Assembly: GCA_964541975.1 (NCBI GenBank)
Contig: CAZISL010000028.1
Span: 1-33,264, forward strand
Direction: 5' to 3'
Length of the DNA stretch: 33,264 nucleotides
DNA from: an uncultured Chromatiaceae bacterium
GTDB taxonomy: Bacteria > Pseudomonadota > Gammaproteobacteria > Steroidobacterales > GCA-2729495
Below are positions 1-7,986 of the stretch, in pieces (within the stretch, counting starts at the first letter, position 1; each line of letters starts with the position of its first letter). The translations under genes were made by a program, and so were the position numbers. The notes beneath the pieces were generated by a model. That model worked only from the letters and a program-made list of their open reading frames with translations. It did not search any database and had not been told where the DNA came from.

Positions 1-2
1 CC

Positions 3-584
3 CAGGGCGGAGGCGTAGTTCCACCAAGTGGTGGCGGTAACTCGGCGCCTTCGATTTCGGGTTCTCCGGGCAGCGAAATCGCGCAGGATAACGCTTACAG
101 CTTTACTCCCAGTGCAAGCGACGCAAACGGCGACGCGCTGACGTTCAGCGTTTCGAACCTGCCTGGATGGGCCGCCTTCAATACTGCAAACGGAAGTTTG
201 TCGGGCACTCCGGGACCCAACGATGTCGGAACTCACCCGGATATCGTCATCAGCGTATCCGACGGACAGGATGCCGCTTCTCTGTCAGCCTTCTCGATCG
301 AAGTGCTTGGGTGGGCCAACGGAATGGCAACATTGAGTTGGGCAGCCCCGACCGAGAATGTGGACAACACTCCTCTTGAGGATCTTGCCGGATATCGCAT
401 CTATTACGGCAAGACTTTAGGCGGTTATCCGAATTCTCGGACGATTAACAACGCCGGGTCTATGACCTACGTAGTCGATAATTTGTCGGCCGGTACGTGG
501 TTCTTTGTCGTCACGGCGCGCGACGATTTTGGCAACGAAAGCACGTACTCCGATCCCGCGAGTAAAACGATCGTCGAGCCATAA
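3..584 (+). CDS. 3' fragment of a large secreted/surface repeat protein (putative-Ig He_PIG-type repeat followed by a fibronectin type III domain); the 5' end lies outside the window
   Basis: Frame 3 is open from the window edge to TAA at 582-584. The translation contains AYSFTPSASDANGDALTFSVSNLPGWAAFNTANGSLSGTPGPNDVGTHPDIVISVSDG, a typical putative-Ig repeat. It is followed by ATLSWAAPTENVDNTPLEDLAGYRIYYG...GTWFFVVTARDDFGNES, which is FN3-like. The ORF-track start at 198 is a TTG inside the first domain, so the real start is upstream of the window. Confidence 0.75.
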   Translation, partial: QGGGVVPPSGGGNSAPSISGSPGSEIAQDNAYSFTPSASDANGDALTFSVSNLPGWAAFNTANGSLSGTPGPNDVGTHPDIVISVSDGQDAASLSAFSIEVLGWANGMATLSWAAPTENVDNTPLEDLAGYRIYYGKTLGGYPNSRTINNAGSMTYVVDNLSAGTWFFVVTARDDFGNESTYSDPASKTIVEP

Positions 585-611
585 CGGACGCCAATTGATA
601 AATAGAACGAG

Positions 612-648
612 CGGGCGATCCCATTGGCTGGGATCGCCCGTTGTTTTA
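612..648. terminator. Rho-independent terminator hairpin between the convergent genes ending at 584 (+) and 657 (-)
   Basis: CGGGCGATCCCA (612-623), loop TTGGC, TGGGATCGCCCG (629-640). This is a perfect 12-bp stem followed by TTGTTTTAT on the + strand. Confidence 0.8.
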
Positions 649-656
649 TATGGCGT

Positions 657-1895
657 TTAAAAAAAGATCTCGGCTGGAGCCGGGTGGCTCAGGAAGGCGG
701 TAGGGCTCGCCGTCAGGCCGTAGGCTCCCGATTGCAGCACCACGATTAAATCCCCGATATCGCAGCGTGGTAGTTCCATCCTGTCTGCAAGTAAATCGAG
801 TGGTGTGCACAGCGGCCCGGTTACTGAGGCAATCTCAATATTGTCACTACCCATGCGATTGCCCGCGACTACCGGGTAGTTTTTCCGCAGAACTTGGCCG
901 AAATTGCCAGAAGCGGCAAGATGATGATGCATCCCGCCGTCGACGATGAGGAACACTTGGTCGCGGGAAAGTTTTCGATCAAGGACGCGGCAGACGTAGA
1001 TGCCGGATTCGCCGACGAGATATCGCCCAAGTTCCAAAACGACCTCCGCGTCTGGCATGGCCGCTCGAATTCGTGGCAGGAGGATTTCCAGGTTTTCGGC
1101 GATGGGCTCAATTTCCAATGGTTCATCACCAGGGAAATATGGAATGCCGAAGCCGCCCCCAATATTGAGCATTTTGATGGTCGAGTCGGTCGACTCACAA
1201 AGTTTAACTGCCAGTTCCACGGTTTTTTGCTGCGCTTCGCAGATCGCTTGCTGGCGCAAATTTTGTGAGCCGCAGAAAATATGAAATCCGCGAAACTCCA
1301 CATCCAGCGATCGCAAGTGCGCGAGAACCGCTGGCACCCGCTCCGAGTCGATGCCGAAAGGTTTCGGGCCGCCAGTCATTTTCATACCGGATGTCTTGAG
1401 TTCGAAGTCCGGGTTGACGCGAATCGCTACAATCGGTCGTTTGCCGCACGCTTCACCCAGCCGAACGATGCGTGCCAGCTCGGTTTCCGATTCGATATTG
1501 ATGGTGACGTTATTCTTGATCGCGAGTTCGAGTTCGTCCTCCGACTTACCCGGTCCAGCGAAACTGATTGCGCGGGATTCGGTGTCGGTCGTGAGGGCGA
1601 TCTGAAGTTCCTGGCCTGAGGCGACATCAAGGCCGTCGACCAGCGTACTCATATGACGGACGACTTCCGGCATCGGGTTCGCCTTGATGGCATAGTGCAA
1701 ATGAATTTCATTTGGTAACTTGTGCCGCAGGTCCTCTACTCGATTTCGCATCGAGCTTCCATCATAAGCGTAGAATGGTGTTCGTCCGGCGCTATCAACC
1801 AGTTGCTGCAACTTGTGCCCACCGAACAACAGCTCACTGTCTTCATATTCAAGCGTTGCCAGCCGGGAATGTTTCAACGCGGGGCGGTTCTTCAT
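657..1895 (-). CDS. PLP-dependent decarboxylase, Orn/DAP/Arg decarboxylase family 2 (LysA-like), exosortase A system-associated type
   Basis: 412-aa ORF with the YAIKAN PLP-lysine motif, GGGFG and GPLCTPLD. Its ATG overlaps the stop of the upstream AMP-ligase (ATGA at 1892-1895). That pairing defines the exosortase-associated decarboxylase family (TIGR03099 as I recall it). Confidence 0.9.
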   Translation of the reverse strand: MKNRPALKHSRLATLEYEDSELLFGGHKLQQLVDSAGRTPFYAYDGSSMRNRVEDLRHKLPNEIHLHYAIKANPMPEVVRHMSTLVDGLDVASGQELQIALTTDTESRAISFAGPGKSEDELELAIKNNVTINIESETELARIVRLGEACGKRPIVAIRVNPDFELKTSGMKMTGGPKPFGIDSERVPAVLAHLRSLDVEFRGFHIFCGSQNLRQQAICEAQQKTVELAVKLCESTDSTIKMLNIGGGFGIPYFPGDEPLEIEPIAENLEILLPRIRAAMPDAEVVLELGRYLVGESGIYVCRVLDRKLSRDQVFLIVDGGMHHHLAASGNFGQVLRKNYPVVAGNRMGSDNIEIASVTGPLCTPLDLLADRMELPRCDIGDLIVVLQSGAYGLTASPTAFLSHPAPAEIFF

Positions 1896-3490
1896 CGCTG
1901 AGCCTCGGCAGTAGCTTCCCGCAGTTCGTCGCGAATTCGCGCTCTATCAATCTTGCCGTTGGCGTTGCGGGGAAGCTGTTCTCTCCATACCAAGTGATGT
2001 GGGATCATGAAGGTTGGTAAGTTCTTCCGGCAGTAATCCAATAGTTGGGTATCAACACTCTGTTCGTCGGTGCCGTCGCTTATTACGCCGACGATGAAAA
2101 TCGCTTGACCAATGTCGGGATCTGGTATGCCGATGGCTACTGCTTCCGCGGCCAATTGAGATTTGTAGATGACCTCTTCGACCTCGTTCGGGCTAACGCG
2201 GTATCCTGAAGTCTTTATCATTTCGTCGTCACGCCCGATAAAAGTCAAATAACCCTCATCATCCGCGACGACGGTATCGCCTGACCATACCGCAACTTCC
2301 GGTATCGTCAGGCCGTCCGGTTGTCCTGGGGAAGGCTTGAATCGCTCCGCCGTTTTAGCGGTGTCGTTCCAGTAGCCAAGGCTTACCAGTGGGCCGCGAT
2401 GGACCAGCTCGCCAGGTTCGCCGGGTTCGCATTGCGTTCCGTCAGGCCTTACGACCATTACTTCTGCGTTCGGAATCGACTTGCCGATCGACTCGGGTCT
2501 GTGGTCGACCTGGTCGGGTGGTAGAAATGTAGATCGAAACGCTTCCGTCAAACCATACATTAGAAATACTTGCGCACTCGGCATGGTGGTGCGCAATCGC
2601 TGCAGGGTCGTTCTGGGCATCGCGCCGCCGGAGTTTGTTATGTATCGAAGGCTGGCCGTTGCTTCGGCCGGCCATTCGAGTTTCGCGATCTGGATCCACA
2701 GCGGTGGCACGCCGGCCAGCCCGGTGATCGCTCCGTCTGCGACAGCTCTGATTACGTCCTTCGGGAACAGATAGTCCATTAGCGTAACCGATGCTCCGGA
2801 ATGGAACGCCGTGGAAAGCTGGCTGAAGCCATAGTCGAAGCTGAACGGCAACACGGCGAGAAGCCGGTCACTCGGTCGATTCGCCAAGTATTCTGCCACG
2901 CTCTTTGCGCCCGCGACCATGTTCCGGTGCGACAGTACGACGCCCTTGGGACGACCTGTGCTGCCCGATGTATAGAAGATCGCGGCGATATCGCTGTCAA
3001 TTGTCGGCCGGGCTCTCGATACATCTCCATGACAAATCAATGCATCCCATGTAAGTACTTCCAGATGCTCCGTTTGCGATGATGCAGCGGGCGCACCGTC
3101 GATTAGAATTACCGTGCGCAGGTCAGGGCAGGAGTCCAGATGATCATGAAGGTCCCTGAAGCGGGATTCAGTCGTCACCAGGGTCTTAACGTTGCAGTCC
3201 GTGAGAATATGAGTGACCTGGTCTGCTTTCAGAAGCGGATTGACGGGTACGAAGATTCCTGCTGCCAGCGTCGTGCCGAACATCGCCGCAACCGTTTCCG
3301 GTCGCTTGGAAAGGTAAATTGCCACGCGCTCATTTCGATCGAGGCCCGCCTTCTCCAGGCCGTTTGCCACACGCCGAATATCTTGCGCCAGGTCGCCGTA
3401 GCTGCGACGCTCCTTTTTGTAGACAAGCGCGGTGCTATCGGGGGCGGACTCCGCGGCAGATAGAATCAGTTCATGCAGTAGACGGGTCAT
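1892..3490 (-). CDS. Acyl-CoA/AMP-forming ligase, exosortase A system-associated type
   Basis: It carries the AMP-binding signature YTSGSTGRPKGVVLSHRN and a later GDTVVADDEGYLTFIGRDDEMIKTSGYRVSPNEVE. I chose the ATG at 3490 (MTRLLHELILSAAE...). The ORF-track start at 3571 would overlap the upstream dehydrogenase by 65 nt and add a non-conserved 27-aa extension. Confidence 0.88.
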   Translation of the reverse strand: MTRLLHELILSAAESAPDSTALVYKKERRSYGDLAQDIRRVANGLEKAGLDRNERVAIYLSKRPETVAAMFGTTLAAGIFVPVNPLLKADQVTHILTDCNVKTLVTTESRFRDLHDHLDSCPDLRTVILIDGAPAASSQTEHLEVLTWDALICHGDVSRARPTIDSDIAAIFYTSGSTGRPKGVVLSHRNMVAGAKSVAEYLANRPSDRLLAVLPFSFDYGFSQLSTAFHSGASVTLMDYLFPKDVIRAVADGAITGLAGVPPLWIQIAKLEWPAEATASLRYITNSGGAMPRTTLQRLRTTMPSAQVFLMYGLTEAFRSTFLPPDQVDHRPESIGKSIPNAEVMVVRPDGTQCEPGEPGELVHRGPLVSLGYWNDTAKTAERFKPSPGQPDGLTIPEVAVWSGDTVVADDEGYLTFIGRDDEMIKTSGYRVSPNEVEEVIYKSQLAAEAVAIGIPDPDIGQAIFIVGVISDGTDEQSVDTQLLDYCRKNLPTFMIPHHLVWREQLPRNANGKIDRARIRDELREATAEAQR

Positions 3491-3506
3491 CGGGGATTTT
3501 TCTGGC

Positions 3507-4820
3507 CTACCAAGCGATGCCTTCGTATCCGCCGATTTCGGGGGACGGGTCGTCAAGACGAACCAGGTCAATCACTTTTTGATCGGGTCGGCGCCGCGAA
3601 ATGATTTTGGCGAATTCGGGACCTCCGTTTCCGATCACGATGACGTTCGCATGCTCCATCAATTTATCCGGTGAATCGACCATCAGGCTTGCTATATGCG
3701 GAATGTGATTGACAATGTATTCTCGATTGGCACCAACGAGCTTGGCCAGATTGACGTTTTCGTCGAACAGGCGAAGGTCGTATCCTTTGCCAATCAGTCT
3801 TTCCGCCAATTCAACAATTGGGCTTTCGCGAAGGTCATCCGTGCCCGCTTTGAAGCTGAATCCCAGGATTCCTATGCGTTTTTGCTCATGTGCAGTGATC
3901 AGGCGGAGCGCCCGGTCGATCTGAATTCGATTGCTGTCCATGATGGATTCGAGAACCGGTAAAGACAGATCCAGTCGATTCGCATGATACGTAAGCGCGC
4001 GTACGTCCTTTGGGAGGCAGGAGCCGCCAAAGGCAAAGCCCGGCTTGAGGTAATACGAAGAGATGTTCAGTTTGTGGTCTTTGCAAAAAATATCCATGAC
4101 AGCATGGCTGTCGACATCCAGTGGTTTGCAAATTGCTCCAATTTCATTGGCAAAGGTGACTTTCAAAGCGTGCCAGACGTTGTCCACGTACTTGACCATT
4201 TCTGCAATTTCGATGGTTGTCGTGATCATTGGTCCTGGGAGACCCTTGTATAGATCCTGAAGCAGCGCCGCGCTTCGTGCATCCACCGCGCCGATTACCG
4301 TTTTCGGTGGATGATTGTAGTCGTACACCGCTGTGCCTTCGCGCAAAAACTCAGGGTTATTGCAGACGCCGAAATCTTTGCCTGCGCGCTTTCCTGAGGC
4401 GTTTTCGAGCGCCGGTATCACGAGGTCCCGCATCGTGCCGGGAAGGATTGTGCTGCGAATGACGACCGTGTGAAATTCATCCTTATTTTTCAAGGAATTG
4501 CCGATCTCGTTGCATACGAGTTCAACATAGCGCAGGTTTAAGCTGCCGTTTTCAGAGGACGGCGTACCTACACACACCAGCGAAAGGTCCGATTCTGCGA
4601 TTGCTGCTGCCGGGTCCGTAACGGCTCGTAATCGATCATCCGCAGCGGCGCGCCTGATTATTTCTCCTACATCTTTTTCGATTATTGGAGACTGGCCTGC
4701 ATTGATCAGGTCGACCTTGGTTTTACTTGGGTCTATGCCGATGATCGAATGGCCGCCTTCAGCGAGGCATGCTGCTGAAACGGTGCCGACATAACCGAGT
4801 CCGAATACTGCGATTCTCAT
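3507..4820 (-). CDS. Nucleotide-sugar 6-dehydrogenase of the UDP-glucose/GDP-mannose dehydrogenase family, closest by eye to GDP-mannose 6-dehydrogenase (AlgD-like)
   Basis: N-terminal Rossmann MRIAVFGLGYVG, catalytic-Cys motif GFAFGGSCLPKDVRAL and LGFSFKAGTDDLRESP. At 437 aa with a C-terminal ...EGIAW, it resembles my recollection of Pseudomonas AlgD (436 aa, ...EGICW). The substrate call (GDP-Man versus UDP-Glc) is not certain. Confidence 0.85.
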   Translation of the reverse strand: MRIAVFGLGYVGTVSAACLAEGGHSIIGIDPSKTKVDLINAGQSPIIEKDVGEIIRRAAADDRLRAVTDPAAAIAESDLSLVCVGTPSSENGSLNLRYVELVCNEIGNSLKNKDEFHTVVIRSTILPGTMRDLVIPALENASGKRAGKDFGVCNNPEFLREGTAVYDYNHPPKTVIGAVDARSAALLQDLYKGLPGPMITTTIEIAEMVKYVDNVWHALKVTFANEIGAICKPLDVDSHAVMDIFCKDHKLNISSYYLKPGFAFGGSCLPKDVRALTYHANRLDLSLPVLESIMDSNRIQIDRALRLITAHEQKRIGILGFSFKAGTDDLRESPIVELAERLIGKGYDLRLFDENVNLAKLVGANREYIVNHIPHIASLMVDSPDKLMEHANVIVIGNGGPEFAKIISRRRPDQKVIDLVRLDDPSPEIGGYEGIAW

Positions 4821-4865
4821 AGTTTGCTAACGTGGTTAGGAGTTATTTTGCTAGATTGGGTAGAG

Positions 4866-4897
4866 TTCGAATCAGCAGATATTTGCTGTTTTTCGAA
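4866..4897. repeat. Imperfect 32-bp palindrome in the sugar-transferase/dehydrogenase intercistronic gap
   Basis: TTCGAA (4866-4871) T CAGCA (4873-4877) GATATT TGCTG (4884-4888) TTT TTCGAA (4892-4897). The arms can pair either as DNA or as an RNA hairpin. Confidence 0.5.
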
Positions 4898-4960
4898 TTA
4901 CCCATGCGAAGCACGGATGCGCAGATACCGGGACTCCCGTCGTATCTGTTTGTCCGTCAA

Positions 4961-6556
4961 TCATCTATTTGATGCCTGGCTGCCGCCGATGGTCCGGCGC
5001 GATACATCGTCGTAACCCGTGGCTACATCGTCTTTGGGTTTGGTAGCAGAGGAATCGGTTGGGGGCGTGTTGTCGGAATGTTTAGCGTCGATTCCGATTT
5101 CGGGTATTTCTGATTTCCGTCGCACGTTCGAAGGACCGCGTCGATCTGTGGGGCGGGGTGGGCCGGCCATGCTAATTGCCTTCCCCCAGATAACGACCTC
5201 TATCGTTTGCAGAAAAATCAGGAGGTCGAGCGTTATACTCGCATTTTTGATGTAGAAGATGTCATAGCTGAGTTTCTCGCTAGCATCCATAATCGAGGCG
5301 CCATATGGAAAATTCAATTGCGCCCATCCCGTCAAGCCAGGGCGCATATTGTGCCGGACGTTGTACATCGGTATTTCGGACGACAGCATCTCGACGAATT
5401 CGGGTCGCTCCGGGCGAGGACCGACGATGCTCATTTCGCCACGGAGTACGTTGAATAGTTGCGGTAACTCATCGATGCGAAAGCGTCTGATTATGCGTCC
5501 GATAGCAGTGATTCGGTTATCATTGCTGGATGCCCATTGCGGCCCGTCTTTCTTTTCCGCGTCTACGGACATACTCCTGAATTTTAGAAGAGGAAAGGTC
5601 TTGTTGCCGTGGCCGACTCGTCGCTGGCGGTAAAACACGGGAGCGCGAATGCCGCTCTCAATCAGGATTGCCGCAACGACGAAGAGGAATATCGGCGACG
5701 TAAGCAACAGAATTATCACGCTAAGAAGAATGTCAGTCATGCGCTTGGCGAAGCGAAATACCGAATTGGTGTAGCCCGCCTCGGTATATACGAACCATGT
5801 AGGGGACAGCAGGTCCAGGTCAATCTTGCCGGTTTCACGTTCGAGGAAGTCCAGAATGTCAGTTACGGGGATGCCGCGCCCTTTCAGACGCAGCAGCATG
5901 TTTACCGGCAACGTGCCACGACGCTCATCCAGTGCTACGACGATTTCCTCTATTCCAGGAAAATCGGGTACTCGATCAATTGGAATGATCGGATGCACCT
6001 GCGGATGGCGTTCTGCTGCTTCATGTTCATCGTCCGCGATGGCTGCGTATCCAACAATCTCGAATCGACGCCGATCTGAGGCGCGCCGAAGTCGGCCAAT
6101 TTTTTCCGCATTTTCGCCAGTACCGAGCACGAGAACACGATTCTTGACGGTGTTGCTGTCAATGAGCCGAAGCAAGGTCATGCGTTCTAGTGAAATGAAC
6201 GCGCAACTCAAGGCAATTGCGCCCGCTAGTACGCCGCGTCCGGAGTTGAGATACGGAACGAGATAGAACAGCATGATGTAACATACGCCGCCGATCATTA
6301 CGCCGATTATCACGCGTGCAGCGGTCTCCCAGTGGCGTGGTCTGAGACGTGCGCGGTAGAGTCCCATTGCGAGTAATCCGAACATGACCAGGATCGCGAA
6401 CGAGGTTGCTCTCGGCAGTAGCGGTCCGATATAGCGCGTTGCGGCATCTATGTCGAATTGAAAACGCAGCGCGGAGGCGAGGCAAAACGACAGTGACGCG
6501 AGTATGAAATCCGCACTCGCGAACAGGAAAGTTGGATTGAGAAGTCGTTTCGTCAA
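4961..6556 (-). CDS. Polyprenyl-phosphate sugar phosphotransferase (bacterial sugar transferase, WbaP/EpsB-like), PEP-CTERM system-associated type
   Basis: 531-aa ORF with N-terminal TM helices, a central CoA-binding-like segment (VLVLGTGENAEKI) and a C-terminal bacterial sugar transferase domain (PLLKFRSM...DELPQLFNVLRGEMSIVGPRPERPEF...RPGLTGWAQ). The only start candidate that keeps the first TM helix is the TTG at 6556. Confidence 0.85.
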   Translation of the reverse strand: MTKRLLNPTFLFASADFILASLSFCLASALRFQFDIDAATRYIGPLLPRATSFAILVMFGLLAMGLYRARLRPRHWETAARVIIGVMIGGVCYIMLFYLVPYLNSGRGVLAGAIALSCAFISLERMTLLRLIDSNTVKNRVLVLGTGENAEKIGRLRRASDRRRFEIVGYAAIADDEHEAAERHPQVHPIIPIDRVPDFPGIEEIVVALDERRGTLPVNMLLRLKGRGIPVTDILDFLERETGKIDLDLLSPTWFVYTEAGYTNSVFRFAKRMTDILLSVIILLLTSPIFLFVVAAILIESGIRAPVFYRQRRVGHGNKTFPLLKFRSMSVDAEKKDGPQWASSNDNRITAIGRIIRRFRIDELPQLFNVLRGEMSIVGPRPERPEFVEMLSSEIPMYNVRHNMRPGLTGWAQLNFPYGASIMDASEKLSYDIFYIKNASITLDLLIFLQTIEVVIWGKAISMAGPPRPTDRRGPSNVRRKSEIPEIGIDAKHSDNTPPTDSSATKPKDDVATGYDDVSRRTIGGSQASNR

Positions 6557-6717
6557 CCGCTGTCAGCCATTTTTGTCGTTATTGTTAAAGCGCGCGCCGC
6601 GCTTGAGAGCGTCGCCAAGCAGTTGGAGGATACTAACTGATCCGCCCCAGTGGTCCTGTGACGCAATTCCCAATACCTGAACAGGGAGCCTGATTGCTGC
6701 TAGAAAATTTTTTTAGT

Positions 6718-6746
6718 TTGCCGTGCAATGGCTCGAATATTATATA
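6718..6746 (+). promoter_or_regulatory. Candidate sigma70 promoter for the FemAB-like gene
   Basis: TTGCCG (6718-6723), 17-nt spacer, TATATA (6741-6746), inside the AT-rich core of the 403-bp divergent intergenic region. It would give a leader of about 205 nt. This rests on sequence match only. Confidence 0.3.
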
Positions 6747-6959
6747 AAAAAGTAGGTCAGACTTAACCATTGAAGTATATTGTATTGCCGCTCATTGTTC
6801 CATGTCAGTGGTGCTTGGTAGTCCGCTTGGCTCGTGCGTTGTCGACGACTGTGACCGCTGACCTTCATCTGCCAACCGGTTGATGGTCCAATAGCATCCC
6901 CCGTTGGAAGCGAGGATTCTCCTGGGCGGGCACACTTCAACTTAAAAATAGCGAATATA

Positions 6960-7985
6960 GTGATAATACGATTATTGGAACAAAAAGACCGTGCGAAGTG
7001 GAACTCGTTTGTCGATAATTCCGACCGCGCAACCTTCTTCCATCGCGTGGAATGGAAGGAGATCTTCGAAAATGCGTTAGGACACGCCGGGTATTATCTC
7101 CTTGCGGAGGAAGGCGGTCAGATTAACGGCGTCTTGCCGTTGGTACACATCCGCAGCCGCTTGTTCAGCAATATTTTGGCATCGACCCCGTTTGTCGCCT
7201 ACGGTGGTGTGTTGGCCAATGACCAGAGTACCGCGGCGCTTCTCACGCAGGAAGCCGTTTCTATCGGTCAGAGACTCGGTGTTGATTTCATCGAGTTTCG
7301 AAATCGAGAGCCGGCGCAAACCGATTGGCCGTGCAAACCCGAATACGTGACCTTTCGAAAGGAAATTCCCACGACGAATGAAGAATGCATGTTATCGATT
7401 CCTCGCAAGCAGCGTGCGATGGTGCGAAAAGGCATCAAAAATGAGTTGGAGTCGCGCGAGGAAAAAAATCTCGACAATTTTTACGGCGTATTCTCAGAAA
7501 GCTACCGCAATCTCGGTACGCCGGTGCTATCTCGCCGATACTATGAGGCGATACATTCGTCATTCGGCGACGATTGCGAAATCATGACGATATTCAAAGG
7601 GGAAAACCCAGTCGCAAGCGTTATGAGTTTTTATTTCAAGGGCGAGGTCATTCCATACTATGGCGGCAGCCTCGCGGCCGCGCGCGGGCTGATGGCCAAC
7701 GATTTCATGTATTGGGAACTGATGCGGCGCGCATGTGACCAGGGTATCAGGATCTTCGACTATGGCCGAAGCAGGGTTGGAACCGGCTCCTATCGTTTCA
7801 AGAAGCACTGGGGTTTCGAGCCGGAGCCGCTGCACTATCAGTACCATCTCGTGCGGCAGACAGCGATGCCCGATCTGAGTCCGGGAAACCCAAAATACAA
7901 AATGGCGATTTCGGCGTGGAAGCGACTGCCGACGGCCCTCACGCGTATTATCGGGCCGCTGATTGCCCGAGGGTTGCCGGGCTAG
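6960..7985 (+). CDS. FemAB-family (aminoacyl-tRNA-dependent peptidyltransferase-like/GNAT-fold) protein, PEP-CTERM system-associated type
   Basis: 341-aa ORF with a GTG start. The N-terminus (...DRAKWNSFVDNSDRATFFHRVEWKEIFE) and ...FKKHWGFEPEPLHYQY are typical of the FemAB-related family found in XrtA loci (TIGR03019 as I recall it). It lies inside the EPS block. Confidence 0.78.
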   Translation: MIIRLLEQKDRAKWNSFVDNSDRATFFHRVEWKEIFENALGHAGYYLLAEEGGQINGVLPLVHIRSRLFSNILASTPFVAYGGVLANDQSTAALLTQEAVSIGQRLGVDFIEFRNREPAQTDWPCKPEYVTFRKEIPTTNEECMLSIPRKQRAMVRKGIKNELESREEKNLDNFYGVFSESYRNLGTPVLSRRYYEAIHSSFGDDCEIMTIFKGENPVASVMSFYFKGEVIPYYGGSLAAARGLMANDFMYWELMRRACDQGIRIFDYGRSRVGTGSYRFKKHWGFEPEPLHYQYHLVRQTAMPDLSPGNPKYKMAISAWKRLPTALTRIIGPLIARGLPG

Positions 7986-7986
7986 T

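Noticed and set aside
570-584. The C-terminus ...KTIVEP of the He_PIG/FN3 protein as a possible PEP-CTERM sorting signal
   Set aside because: A PEP-CTERM signal needs the PEP motif followed by a hydrophobic helix and a basic cluster. Here the protein stops right after VEP, so it is not an exosortase substrate by that criterion.
3491-3571. 27-aa N-terminal extension of the AMP-ligase ORF overlapping the dehydrogenase gene by 65 nt
   Set aside because: The extension (MTWFVLTTRPPKSADTKASLGRPEKSP) is not ligase-like. The internal ATG at 3490 begins the conserved N-terminus and removes the overlap.
6740-6940. 66-aa minus-strand ORF in the long divergent intergenic region
   Set aside because: It has no signal peptide, no recognisable motif and no RBS. 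Its composition looks like translated non-coding DNA, and the region is better explained as regulatory.
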